Origin: an uncultured Armatimonadetes bacterium
GTDB taxonomy: Bacteria; Armatimonadota; Hebobacteria; Hebobacterales; Hebobacteraceae
Length of the DNA stretch: 64,000 nt
Assembly: GCA_963716175.1 (NCBI GenBank)
Contig: OY970296.1
Coordinates: 1,856,001-1,920,000, forward strand
Direction of reading: 5' to 3'
The position numbers were made by a program, and so were the translations under genes. Positions 29,931 to 39,120 of the stretch are shown here, piece by piece. Below the pieces are notes generated by a model, which saw only the letters and a program-made list of their open reading frames with translations, searched no databases and had not been told where the DNA came from. Every line of letters begins with the position of its first letter. Position 1 is the first letter of the stretch.

Positions 29931-31586
29931 TCAGTTCGCGGTGCCGGCCCACAAAACTGTTCCCTCACGTATCGGCAGCAGGACGTGGGAGGCGTGGGCC
30001 GGGTCCATGTAGATGGTATTGTGGGCGACCCGGGGCGAGACGAAGCGGGGGTAGCCTATCCCGGAGTTCGCGTTGGCGGCATAGCCGGGGTAGCTGCTCG
30101 AGGTCACGTGAAGCCGTATCCGATGCCCGGTGTTGAAGACGATACTGGTTGACCAGAGGTCAAGGTCCAGGAGGTAAGGGCGGCCCGGCTCTACTGACGC
30201 CTCCTTCGACAGCGACTCACGCAACCGGAGCCTGGTGCCTCCCTCACAGATGTTGATGGAGCGTCCGTCCGGGTAGACATCGCACAGCCTGGCGATGAAG
30301 TCGGTGTCCGGCGCGTCGGTGGAGGCCCAGAGTTTCACTCGCACCCGTCCTGTCACCTCCACAGGGCGGTCCAGGGGGTCAGTGGTGAACACGAGCACAT
30401 CCGCGCGAGATTCGATGGGACGCTGGTCCCGCGGTCCGGCCGGCAGGTCATACTGGTAGCCACCAGTAGTCGGCACGGGACGGTGCGGGTCGTACGGGTA
30501 GGCGAGGGCTGTACCTTTCCTATCGCGTTTGGGTTCCAGCGTTCGATCACAATGCAGGTAGAGCCGAGTGGCCGACCTCGGGAAGGGAGGCCAGCTCTCT
30601 GCAGTGCGCCAGCGATTGCCGGGGGCTTTCGGGTCGGTCGCGTCACCCATGACATAGTAGTTCACAGGCGCAAGATCGGCGTCGGAGGTCAAGCCCTTCA
30701 GGCGGGCGCCGAACCAGGCCCAAGCATCCGCGGCACTGGCGGGTGGCTCGTCGGCGTGCGGGAAGGGCCACTTGCTAGCGAAGTCGGGGTATGACACATG
30801 GTCAGTCCCAGGCCCCATCACCAACCTCTGGGCTCGGCGTGCATGCGGCCCCCCATGTTCCTGCATGCCTAAGAAGCCATCAATCGTGCCCTGGGAGAAG
30901 ACATCATACCACCCTCCTGAGTGCAGCGCTGGCACATCCATTTGGCCATAGCGCAGCGCGGCACTGCGTTGCTGCCAGTAACTGTCGTACGTGGGATGGG
31001 ACATCCAGATCTCCAGCGCGCCCGGGTCGAAGATTTCCTCCTGCAGCCATCCCTCGACAAGCGCCTTGCGAAACAGACCGTTCGTGTAGGCGAATGTGTA
31101 GAGGTCGGGGGTCGCGACACCGATGTTTAGCGCGGCCAACCTCCGGGTTCCGGTCCCTGCTGCGAGGAACTGAGCGATCCCCATGGCGGAACCAGCATGC
31201 ATGCCGATCTTGCCATTGCACCAGGGCTGCGCAGCTATCCACTCGAGCGTGTCGTAGCCGTCCTGGTGGCCCCACCAGCCGTCACCTTCGAAGGGGAGGT
31301 TCTCTCCTTCTGAGGCGAAGCGGCCGCGGGTATTCTGGACGACAAACGCATAAACGTCGGCCGCGCGGTGGCGGGCCAAGTTGCTGTAGATGTCTTTGTC
31401 GTAAGGAGTGCGCATGAGGATCACCGGAGCTGGATTGCCTTCAGCAGGCAGGTAGACGTCAGTGGCGAGCCGCACCCCGTCGCGCATGGGCACCAGGAAG
31501 GTCTGCTTGCTCTGCTCCGTGGCAACCGAGCCTAACGCCGGGGTCAGCAGGAGCACCACTATTGCGCAGGTGAGTCTGACTCTCAC
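29931..31586 (-). CDS. CocE/NonD family hydrolase, secreted
   Basis: 'VPMRDGVRLATDVYLP', 'RTPYDK', 'RGRFASEG', nucleophile 'GSAMG' and C-terminal 'GHRIRLHVTSSSYP'. Confidence 0.9.
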   Translation of the reverse strand: MRVRLTCAIVVLLLTPALGSVATEQSKQTFLVPMRDGVRLATDVYLPAEGNPAPVILMRTPYDKDIYSNLARHRAADVYAFVVQNTRGRFASEGENLPFEGDGWWGHQDGYDTLEWIAAQPWCNGKIGMHAGSAMGIAQFLAAGTGTRRLAALNIGVATPDLYTFAYTNGLFRKALVEGWLQEEIFDPGALEIWMSHPTYDSYWQQRSAALRYGQMDVPALHSGGWYDVFSQGTIDGFLGMQEHGGPHARRAQRLVMGPGTDHVSYPDFASKWPFPHADEPPASAADAWAWFGARLKGLTSDADLAPVNYYVMGDATDPKAPGNRWRTAESWPPFPRSATRLYLHCDRTLEPKRDRKGTALAYPYDPHRPVPTTGGYQYDLPAGPRDQRPIESRADVLVFTTDPLDRPVEVTGRVRVKLWASTDAPDTDFIARLCDVYPDGRSINICEGGTRLRLRESLSKEASVEPGRPYLLDLDLWSTSIVFNTGHRIRLHVTSSSYPGYAANANSGIGYPRFVSPRVAHNTIYMDPAHASHVLLPIREGTVLWAGTAN

Positions 31587-31930
31587 GCTCACTCCTCCGG
31601 AAATCGTTCGCATCGTCGTTCGTGGAGTATCCCACCGGGCAGCGACACAGTCAATGTGGCGGCCCGTGGACATGGGGGCCACTGGTGCCTGCTGTTGGGC
31701 AGCGAACCGGCATGACCCACCAGAGGCGGAATCGGCGTCGAATCGTGAGCCAGTGGAAGCGAAGGCCGGAGGACGAAGACAGCGCCTCCGGAGACCAAGG
31801 TGACCGAATCAGGAGTGGGTCAGCTTCGGGCGCCGATGGCGGGTCAGGTCCGGATGCAGACTGCGATCACCAGACAGCAGAGCGTCACGAGTGGTCCTCG
31901 CGCGGCACGGTCGCATCTGCTATAGTGGCA

Positions 31931-33010
31931 TCAGGTGTTGTGCCTCAGCCAGCTCAGGAGGCGCTCTGCTTCCTCCACTGACCCCGCGCCGGTGGAGTAG
32001 ACCACCTTTTCCGGGCGCAGCTCTCTGTGCGCCGCCATTATCTCGTCAGGGGAGCCCCAGAAGTGAATAGCTTTGCCCTTAGCCTGAAGGCGCTTGTACA
32101 AGTCCAGGTAGTCAATGGGATCGCCGCGGCCGGCGCCCATCTGATACTGGATGGTGTAGATGCCAGCGCTACGGCAGAGCAGATCCTCGTGCACAAGCTG
32201 AGTCGGGCCGTCCCAGTGGTAGTAGACGTTTCCCACGATAGCGGCCTCCTCCTCCAGCGCCGGCAAGGCCCAACGCTCAAACATCGCCGGACTGATCATG
32301 GCCCCGAAGTCACACTGCAGGATATCGGCGCCTTGCATCGAGTAGAGGATATTGCAGAACCCACGCTCTCGCATCTTCCCCGCCTCGACGACTTGGCTCC
32401 AGATGCTCGGGAAGATCGCACGCCCGGAATGCATCGCTTCGTCAATCACCTCTGGCTGCTCCACGAGGTCCACGCACAGCCGGTCCCGCCCCCGGATCGC
32501 GGCAAGGAGGTCCATGTTGGTGTGCCAGTCGAGCGTTCGCAACAGCATCTTCCCTTCGAGCCGCTCCGCCGCCAGCCGCAGGAACGCGATCTGCCTCCGC
32601 CAGAGGGGATGCTCCTCGTTGAACCTGAGCGGCAGCGCGTCTTCCCATCGCTCCACGAACGGCACTGACCAGTTGGTATCCCCTGACGCTTCATTCCAGC
32701 GCAGCTCGGCCCCGCAGAATACGGCGATTGCATCAGGGGCAAAGCTCAGATAGCAGCTCGGAACGGCATCGCCCCCATAGTAGGTGCTGCTGGCTTGCTC
32801 GAGGACCTGGTCGAGCGTGGCGTTCATGTCGCCGAACACGAGGTCGTGGTAGGAGCGCTCGTACCAGGGATTGGCGCCTTGGCGTAGAGGAGCTAGCACC
32901 TGGAGCAAAGGACGATCTATGATCTCCCCTGCGTAGAAGGCTTCATAACGCCTTGCCGCGTCGGCGAGATCCGGCTTGAACTCAAGTGGATACGGTCGCG
33001 CTGTGCTCAC
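31931..33010 (-). CDS. Uroporphyrinogen decarboxylase/cobalamin-independent methyltransferase-like TIM barrel protein
   Basis: 'LAAIRG', 'LQCDFGAMISPAMFERWALP' and 'YHWDG'. Confidence 0.7.
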   Translation of the reverse strand: MSTARPYPLEFKPDLADAARRYEAFYAGEIIDRPLLQVLAPLRQGANPWYERSYHDLVFGDMNATLDQVLEQASSTYYGGDAVPSCYLSFAPDAIAVFCGAELRWNEASGDTNWSVPFVERWEDALPLRFNEEHPLWRRQIAFLRLAAERLEGKMLLRTLDWHTNMDLLAAIRGRDRLCVDLVEQPEVIDEAMHSGRAIFPSIWSQVVEAGKMRERGFCNILYSMQGADILQCDFGAMISPAMFERWALPALEEEAAIVGNVYYHWDGPTQLVHEDLLCRSAGIYTIQYQMGAGRGDPIDYLDLYKRLQAKGKAIHFWGSPDEIMAAHRELRPEKVVYSTGAGSVEEAERLLSWLRHNT

Positions 33011-33340
33011 ACAGACTCCTGAGCCCGCGGTGCTCTGGTGATGAAACCCACGGCAGTCGAGCGCCGCCGAGCAAGTATCAGGCAATGAACTCAACTGAAG
33101 TAGTCACTTCGCCGCAGCACCGTCGCAGCCTTGGCCTGACGTGTTGGTTCGCTGCAGGAACAGCAGGATCATGGGCAAGGCCACCGGCGGATCAGCGCGC
33201 CCCCAGAAGGGGACCGGCGCTCTTCAGACGAAAGGCCACGACTGCTTGGCAGAAGTAGACGGCCGCCTGGAACGAGTGGGGACGTCGCCTGATCCCAGAA
33301 GAGGATCGGGGCGTGATCGAGGGATCGGGAGGAACACCGC

Positions 33341-34978
33341 ATGCTGCGCACGCTGATGCTCGTAGCCCCATGGGGCGCCCTGGCGCTATTGGCCTTGGGC
33401 CCGGCCTGGGCGGCACGGGTCCCTGTCATCGCTACCGGCTGGGACTCACCCACCGCCAGCCAGTTCCGCGCGGGCCTCACCGCGTTCGAACGATGGGGCG
33501 TCTTTGACGGCACCACCTTACGAGCGACGCGGCGCATGCCGGACGGAGAGGAGCGAGAAGCACTCAACGCCTTCTCCCGCGAGCACTGGACCTGGCAAGA
33601 GTTTGCTCCGGCACTGGCAGACCTGAAGGCCGCGCAGCCGACCACCTGTCGTGAGAACTACCTGATGCTCTACTCCAATCCCGGCGACGTGGACTGGTTC
33701 GACGAGGCCGGCTGGCGGGAGATCACCGACCATTGGCGACTCCTGTCCCGGTTGGCGAGACAGGGGGGTCTGCGCGGGCTCCTCTTTGACGCTGAGCCCT
33801 ACACCTCGCCGTACTCGCAGTACCTCTATCGCGCGCAGCCTGGGTGGGGAGAACGCGCCTTTGCCGAGTACCGCGCCAAGGCGCGGGAGCGCGGCCGCCA
33901 GGTGATGAGCGCCGTGCGCGCCGAGTTCCCTGACGCGACCATCTTCTGCTATCGCCTGTTCTCCGACATGCTGGGCCTGCTGGACGCGGGCGATCTCGGC
34001 CGGGCGCTGGAGCCGGATACCTACGGTCTGCTGCCAGCGTTCGTGGACGGGTGGCTCGATGAGATGCCGCCCACCATGCGCGTGATTGAGGGCACAGAGG
34101 ACATCGGCTACCGCGCCAACTCCCCGGCCGAGTATGACCGCGCCTTCACTCGGCTAACGCTCGGTATGCCTGACTTCGTCGCGCCGGAGCATCGGACAAA
34201 GGTGCGGCGCCAGTTCTGCGTCGGCCACAGTCTGTATCTGGACGCCTACGCGAATCCCCCCGGCAACTCCTGGTACATAGACCCAATGGGCAGCACGCCG
34301 GCGGCTCGGCTGTCAGCGAACCTCGCGTCAGCGCTGGCGGCAAGTGACGGCCTGGTGTGGCTATACGGTGAGCGGGGCCGGTGGTGGCCCACCGGTGACT
34401 CAGGGCAGCCAATGTGGCCCGAGAGGCTGCCGGGGGTCATCACCGCCATTCGCCGGGCCAAGGACCCGACTGGCTTCGCACGCGAGGTGTTCGGCCGGGC
34501 GCCAGCACCCCGGAACCTGCTCGAGAACGGCGACTTCCTCGTCCGCGGTCCTTCCCCGGAGGGCCCGCCCAGCGGCTGGTTCGAGTGGCAGGACGATTCC
34601 TCGCATGGCCAAGTGACCGGCATCCCGGGCCAGGTAGAGCTGCGCGGCGTGCTCGAAGGCTCCGTCGGCTGCCTGACGACAGTGCAGCCCGGCCGCACCT
34701 ATGCCGTGCGGCTACGCGCCAAGACCGCGGGGCGGGCGTTGGCCAGCCTGGACATCGGGTGGAAGACCACAGACGGCAAGTGGACCGCGTACGCGCAGGA
34801 CCGGCGCTTCGTGGGCGACAGAGCCGCCGACGCCGACGGGTGGCGGGAGATCGTCGGCCTGGTCGAGGTGCCGCCGGGCGCCGGCCAGCTCTCGTTTACA
34901 GCGTGTGCGCGCGGCCAGGTGAGCGCGGCCGACCGTTGCTGGTTCAAAGACGCGGCCCTGGTCGAGGTCGGGGAATGA
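33341..34978 (+). CDS. Secreted hypothetical protein with a C-terminal carbohydrate-binding-like domain
   Basis: Signal peptide, 'GLLFDAEPY' and 'NLLENGDF...VQPGRTYAV'. Confidence 0.6.
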   Translation: MLRTLMLVAPWGALALLALGPAWAARVPVIATGWDSPTASQFRAGLTAFERWGVFDGTTLRATRRMPDGEEREALNAFSREHWTWQEFAPALADLKAAQPTTCRENYLMLYSNPGDVDWFDEAGWREITDHWRLLSRLARQGGLRGLLFDAEPYTSPYSQYLYRAQPGWGERAFAEYRAKARERGRQVMSAVRAEFPDATIFCYRLFSDMLGLLDAGDLGRALEPDTYGLLPAFVDGWLDEMPPTMRVIEGTEDIGYRANSPAEYDRAFTRLTLGMPDFVAPEHRTKVRRQFCVGHSLYLDAYANPPGNSWYIDPMGSTPAARLSANLASALAASDGLVWLYGERGRWWPTGDSGQPMWPERLPGVITAIRRAKDPTGFAREVFGRAPAPRNLLENGDFLVRGPSPEGPPSGWFEWQDDSSHGQVTGIPGQVELRGVLEGSVGCLTTVQPGRTYAVRLRAKTAGRALASLDIGWKTTDGKWTAYAQDRRFVGDRAADADGWREIVGLVEVPPGAGQLSFTACARGQVSAADRCWFKDAALVEVGE

Positions 34979-35105
34979 GGGTGCTGACCGCGAGGCGCGC
35001 CGCAGTTCGGGTTATTGGCGGGGCGACCCCGTGTGGGGAAGCCTGTGATAGCGACCCAGCAGCTGAATGCAACAGACGGAGGGAGGCAACGCCGCCGGGC
35101 GTAGC

Positions 35106-35257
35106 GCGGGTTCGATTGCCCGGCGCCAGAGGAAACTCAACTCATCCCCGAAACCCGAACCTCGTCCACAGAAAATGAGTGTTTGTAGATGGGTCTAGTT
35201 TCCTCCACCTCTTCGGAATTGAACTCCGATCTGCCGACGCCCGGCTCCCCAGGTCAG
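35106..35257 (+). repeat. Junction J1 (core CCTCCACC 35202-35209)
   Basis: T-arm mimic GGGTTCGATT at about 35108; inverted GAGGAAACT/AGTTTCCTC arms; right arm CTCTTCGGAATTGAAC...CCCAGGTCAG like J0. Confidence 0.85.
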
Positions 35258-35549
35258 CCTACTCACTGCCGGAACTGGCATTCTCGGCCGGCAACGGACG
35301 TTCTCGCTAACGACACCGCGGGCGCTGTCGAGCCAAGACTTCTGACACTGTCCCGCGAGGGAAGCAGATCCCCAGCAGTGAACAAGCCTGTTATGCGGCC
35401 AGTCCGCTGGCGCTACGGACGTAGCGGGTGCTTGCTCGAGCGGCGCCGAGGGTGGGACGGGGCGGTGCAGTCGGCGAACTGGCCGCTGACTTGGGAAGAG
35501 CCGGCCTCAAGCTGGCGCGACTGCTGGCGGACGAGGGAGGAAACGCGCG

Positions 35550-38207
35550 ATGAAACTGGGTCGCCTATCGGGGAACGGCGAGGGTGCACTGGTCGACGGC
35601 AGCTACTGTTACCGCCGTCGAGGGCTGGAGGAGGTACTGCTCCCCGAGCTAGCGCCGGATGCTGGCGGCGGTAGTGCCTGGATTCCCTTCTCAGAGGGCG
35701 ATCTGACCAGCGGCGGCCCCATGGCGGAGGTAGGGTGGAGGGGATCGGCCGTGGGCGAGATCGGGGTGGATATCGTCATTGACATGAGGGAGATGTGCTT
35801 CCTGGATCGAGTCGTCCTGCGCCAGTCCTCTCGCGGAAATCCCCTAGGCGCGGGGCCAAAGCTGGCGGGCAAGGAGGACGCGGAGAAGGCGGACCGTGTC
35901 GCGCCTACCGGTCCGGGTGAGGTGGAGGTCTATGCCAGGGGCCATGATGGCATCCTCGTCCTGGCGGGCCGATTGGGGGATAGGGAGCAAGTGGACCCCT
36001 TGCCGCAGGAAGTGATCACCGTCGAGCTGGGCATCGAAGCGAGGGAGATGGTGGTCCGGTTGTACTCCCTGAACCGGGATATCAGGCTGAAGCAACTGGA
36101 GATATGGGGGGCGGCGGTCGAGGAGCCAAGGCTGTTCCCGATTCCGCAGACACTCCAGCTCGCCGAGGGCGACAAGGGTTTCCGCCTGACGGGTGCGGCC
36201 GAAATCCTTCTTGGGGCCCAGGCCTCGGGTGATAGTGTGTTCGCCGCGACCTTGCTCGCGGAGAAGCTACAGGAGGACTTCGGCCTGAGCATCCCGGTGG
36301 TGCGGGAAGGCCACGGGCGGCGCCCCGGCAAGTTGATCGCACTGGGCAAACCCGGCGAGTGCCGGGCCCTGGACAAGGCCATGGGTTCGCCCCAGTTGCG
36401 GCCGGAAGGGTACGTGCTGACGGTCCGCGGGAATGCCGCGCTGCTCATGGCCCCGGATCGAAGGGGCCTGATCTACGGGACGGAGGCCCTCCTGCAACTG
36501 CTGGGGCGCGGTGGCGGCAAGCCTGTGGCGGAGGCGTGCATCATCGAGGATTACCCCCGGATGCCGCACCGGGGTGTTCACATCTTCCTGCCCGCGAGAG
36601 AGGACCTGCCCTTCATCAGGCGTTTGATCCGCAATGTGCTGGCGCCCATGCGGATGAACGAGATCTTCCTTCAGGTTACCGCGGGCATGAAGTTCGACCG
36701 GCGCCTCGAGATCAACGAGGTCTGGGAACGAGAGAACAGGAAGGCGGCCGAGGGGGAAGTGCCGCCGATGCCCCATGGCGAGCTCGGCGGTGGGAGCTAT
36801 CTGACTAAGGCAGAGGTCAGGGATCTGGTGCACTATGCCCGTGAGTACGGGTTCGACGTGATCCCGGAAATCCAGTCCCTGAGCCACGTGGAGTACCTGA
36901 CGGCGACCTATCCTGAGATCGCGGAAGAGCCAGGAGTGATCCATCCCGACTCCTACTGTCCGCTGCACCCCGAGAGCCATAAGATTGTCTTCGACCTGAT
37001 TGACGAGGTCATGGAGGTGTTCGGCCCGCTCCGGTACATCGAGATGGGACACGACGAGGTCTACACCATGGGGGTCTGCGAGCGGTGCCGCGGCAAGACC
37101 CGGGCGGAGCTCTTTGCAGCCGACGTGAACGCGATCTACCAGTACCTGAAGAGCAAGGGCCTGGGCATGATGATCTGGGCGGACATGGTGCAGGACTTTC
37201 GCTACTACGGCGCGCCGGATGCCATCGACATGATCCCGAAGGACATCATCATGATGGACTTCGTCTGGTACTTCCGGACTGAAGACGACATCGAGGACCG
37301 GCTGCTGGATCACGGCTTCCAGGTGATGATGGGGAACTTCTACTCCTCCCACTACACCCGGTTCACCTCCCGGAGCGCCAAGCCAGGCATCATCGGCGCG
37401 GAGGTCTCGACCTGGTGCCGTGCGAACGAGCAGAACTTCGCGATCCACGGCAAGCTCTATGACTTCATCTACTCGGCCAACATGCTCTGGGGCCCGCACT
37501 ACGCGGACCAGCTGCGGTGGACCATGGACCACAAGATCTCCCAGCTGATGCCACACATCCGGGCGAAGCTGCGTGGGATCTCGCAGCTCGAACCGAGGAA
37601 GTACGCGCCGGTGGATCTCTCTGCCGCCTATACGGCGCCGCTTCGGGACGCAACGGGGACTCGGGGAGGCTATGACCTATCAGGCCTACCAAAGGGAAAG
37701 CTCGTGAGGAGGGGCGTGCCCTTCCGCATCGGCGAGGGAGTAGTCCTGGTCGGAGGCAACCAGGCGCGCGATCTGGGGCCCTCCTCCGCGGAGGTGCCGT
37801 TGGGTCCCAGGTTCGATGGCCTGATCTTCCTTCACGCCTCGTCCACCAATGGCCCGCTTCACCGTTCCATCGGGCGCTATGAAGTTCTCTACACCGACGG
37901 GTCGGTTGCGTCGGTCTCGGCGGACTACGGCAGCAATGTCGCGGAATGGAGCCGCAGACACGGCGCACCGCTGGTGCACGCCGCCCATCGCCATGCAGGA
38001 TACATCGCCACTTACCTGGTGGACCCCATGATCCAGGGGAAGACCGCGGGCGGCGAGGACTTCACTCTCCTTGGCCTGGAGTGGTCCAACCCCACTCCCG
38101 AGAAGCAGATCCGCGCCCTTCGTATCGTCGGCCCGGAAACGGCGACAGATAGCTCGCTGCTTCTGGTGGCGGTAACGGGCGTGATGTCGTGGGGCGGATC
38201 CAGATGA
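35550..38207 (+). CDS. GH20 family beta-N-acetylhexosaminidase-like protein
   Basis: 'EGYVL', 'IEDYPRMPHRGVH', 'IPEIQSLSH' and catalytic 'MGHDEV'. Confidence 0.85.
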   Translation: MKLGRLSGNGEGALVDGSYCYRRRGLEEVLLPELAPDAGGGSAWIPFSEGDLTSGGPMAEVGWRGSAVGEIGVDIVIDMREMCFLDRVVLRQSSRGNPLGAGPKLAGKEDAEKADRVAPTGPGEVEVYARGHDGILVLAGRLGDREQVDPLPQEVITVELGIEAREMVVRLYSLNRDIRLKQLEIWGAAVEEPRLFPIPQTLQLAEGDKGFRLTGAAEILLGAQASGDSVFAATLLAEKLQEDFGLSIPVVREGHGRRPGKLIALGKPGECRALDKAMGSPQLRPEGYVLTVRGNAALLMAPDRRGLIYGTEALLQLLGRGGGKPVAEACIIEDYPRMPHRGVHIFLPAREDLPFIRRLIRNVLAPMRMNEIFLQVTAGMKFDRRLEINEVWERENRKAAEGEVPPMPHGELGGGSYLTKAEVRDLVHYAREYGFDVIPEIQSLSHVEYLTATYPEIAEEPGVIHPDSYCPLHPESHKIVFDLIDEVMEVFGPLRYIEMGHDEVYTMGVCERCRGKTRAELFAADVNAIYQYLKSKGLGMMIWADMVQDFRYYGAPDAIDMIPKDIIMMDFVWYFRTEDDIEDRLLDHGFQVMMGNFYSSHYTRFTSRSAKPGIIGAEVSTWCRANEQNFAIHGKLYDFIYSANMLWGPHYADQLRWTMDHKISQLMPHIRAKLRGISQLEPRKYAPVDLSAAYTAPLRDATGTRGGYDLSGLPKGKLVRRGVPFRIGEGVVLVGGNQARDLGPSSAEVPLGPRFDGLIFLHASSTNGPLHRSIGRYEVLYTDGSVASVSADYGSNVAEWSRRHGAPLVHAAHRHAGYIATYLVDPMIQGKTAGGEDFTLLGLEWSNPTPEKQIRALRIVGPETATDSSLLLVAVTGVMSWGGSR

Positions 38208-38320
38208 TCTACTGCAGGTGAGGCGCTCGCCTGGTTGAGGCCCCCGGTTCCTGTCCTGTCTGACCTGCTCCTATGGCCAGGCATAGGTGCTAGCGATGCC
38301 CGTGTGTCAACCAGTGTCGG

Positions 38321-38490
38321 GAACTGACCCGCCATCGGTGTCCGAAACCAACCCACTCTGGCCGGCCGGACTCGCTCGCAGTGGTCGCCTGGAGGCTCGT
38401 GACAGCGCTCCCAACCCCACGTCTGCTAGGTCAGTCAGCGGCGCCAATGGCCCTCCTTGATGGGTCAGTATTGTATGCCGACTGATACAC
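38321..38490 (+). repeat. Uninterrupted copy of the repeat that the IS110 element interrupts
   Basis: GAACTGACCCGCCATCGG...GGGTCAGTATTGTATGCCGACT matches minus-strand 29937->29781 joined to 28169->28160. Confidence 0.6.
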
Positions 38491-38547
38491 GTGCTGACAG
38501 ACGTCCGTCGGCGTAGCACGGCAACCCATGCCGCTGAGACTGACAGC

Positions 38548-38884
38548 GCGGGTTCCATTCTCACTCGGTCACCGCGCGGAACTGCCTAACGCCCGTCCAC
38601 AGCCGGAGAGAGTCTCGTTCTCAGGGACGGTTCCCCCACCATTCGCGAGTAGAACCTCGTCTCACGGCGGGGAGTGTCTCGATCACCTTGAGACTACAGC
38701 GCGGTTTCAATTCTCACTGCCTAATCCAAACGTGCCTGTCAGCGAACTCCGGAATCCGTCCACAGCCAGAGAGAGTTTCGTTCCCAGGAACGTTTCCTCC
38801 ACCTCTTGCGAATCAGAAACCGAGTCTCGTCTAGAGAAGGTTTGATCCCAGGTCAGTTTCAACACCTCCTGGGAATCGAAACCC
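38548..38884 (+). repeat. Tandem junctions J2a (core 38633-38640), J2b (core 38796-38803) and partial J2c (about 38856-38884)
   Basis: Two units of about 160 bp, each with T-arm mimic + CGTCCACAGCC..GAGAGAGT left arm + core + right arm; then a degenerate third core and right-arm start. Confidence 0.85.
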
Positions 38885-39060
38885 CGTGCTATCCAGAAAC
38901 TCATCGGCGTGGTCCAGACGCGCGAGCAGCGGCGGGACGTCAGCGCCGGTGGAAAGTGGTAGAATACCGGATACTTCCCGACTTGCCACGTCATGTATAC
39001 ACGGGCACAACGGGGTGGCAGCATACCGGCGCAAGTCCGTCATTGCCAGGCCTGTGGAGG
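38883..39060. mobile_element. IS/MITE end (TIR CCCGTGCTATCCAGAAACTCATC) abutting J2c
   Basis: Same TIR at 56216 and, inverted, at 49973-49995. Confidence 0.6.
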
Positions 39061-39120
39061 CGATAGCCCACGACTTCTGACAGAACCGGCTTCTTCAACT
39101 GAAGGCGAGGAGGACCTCCT

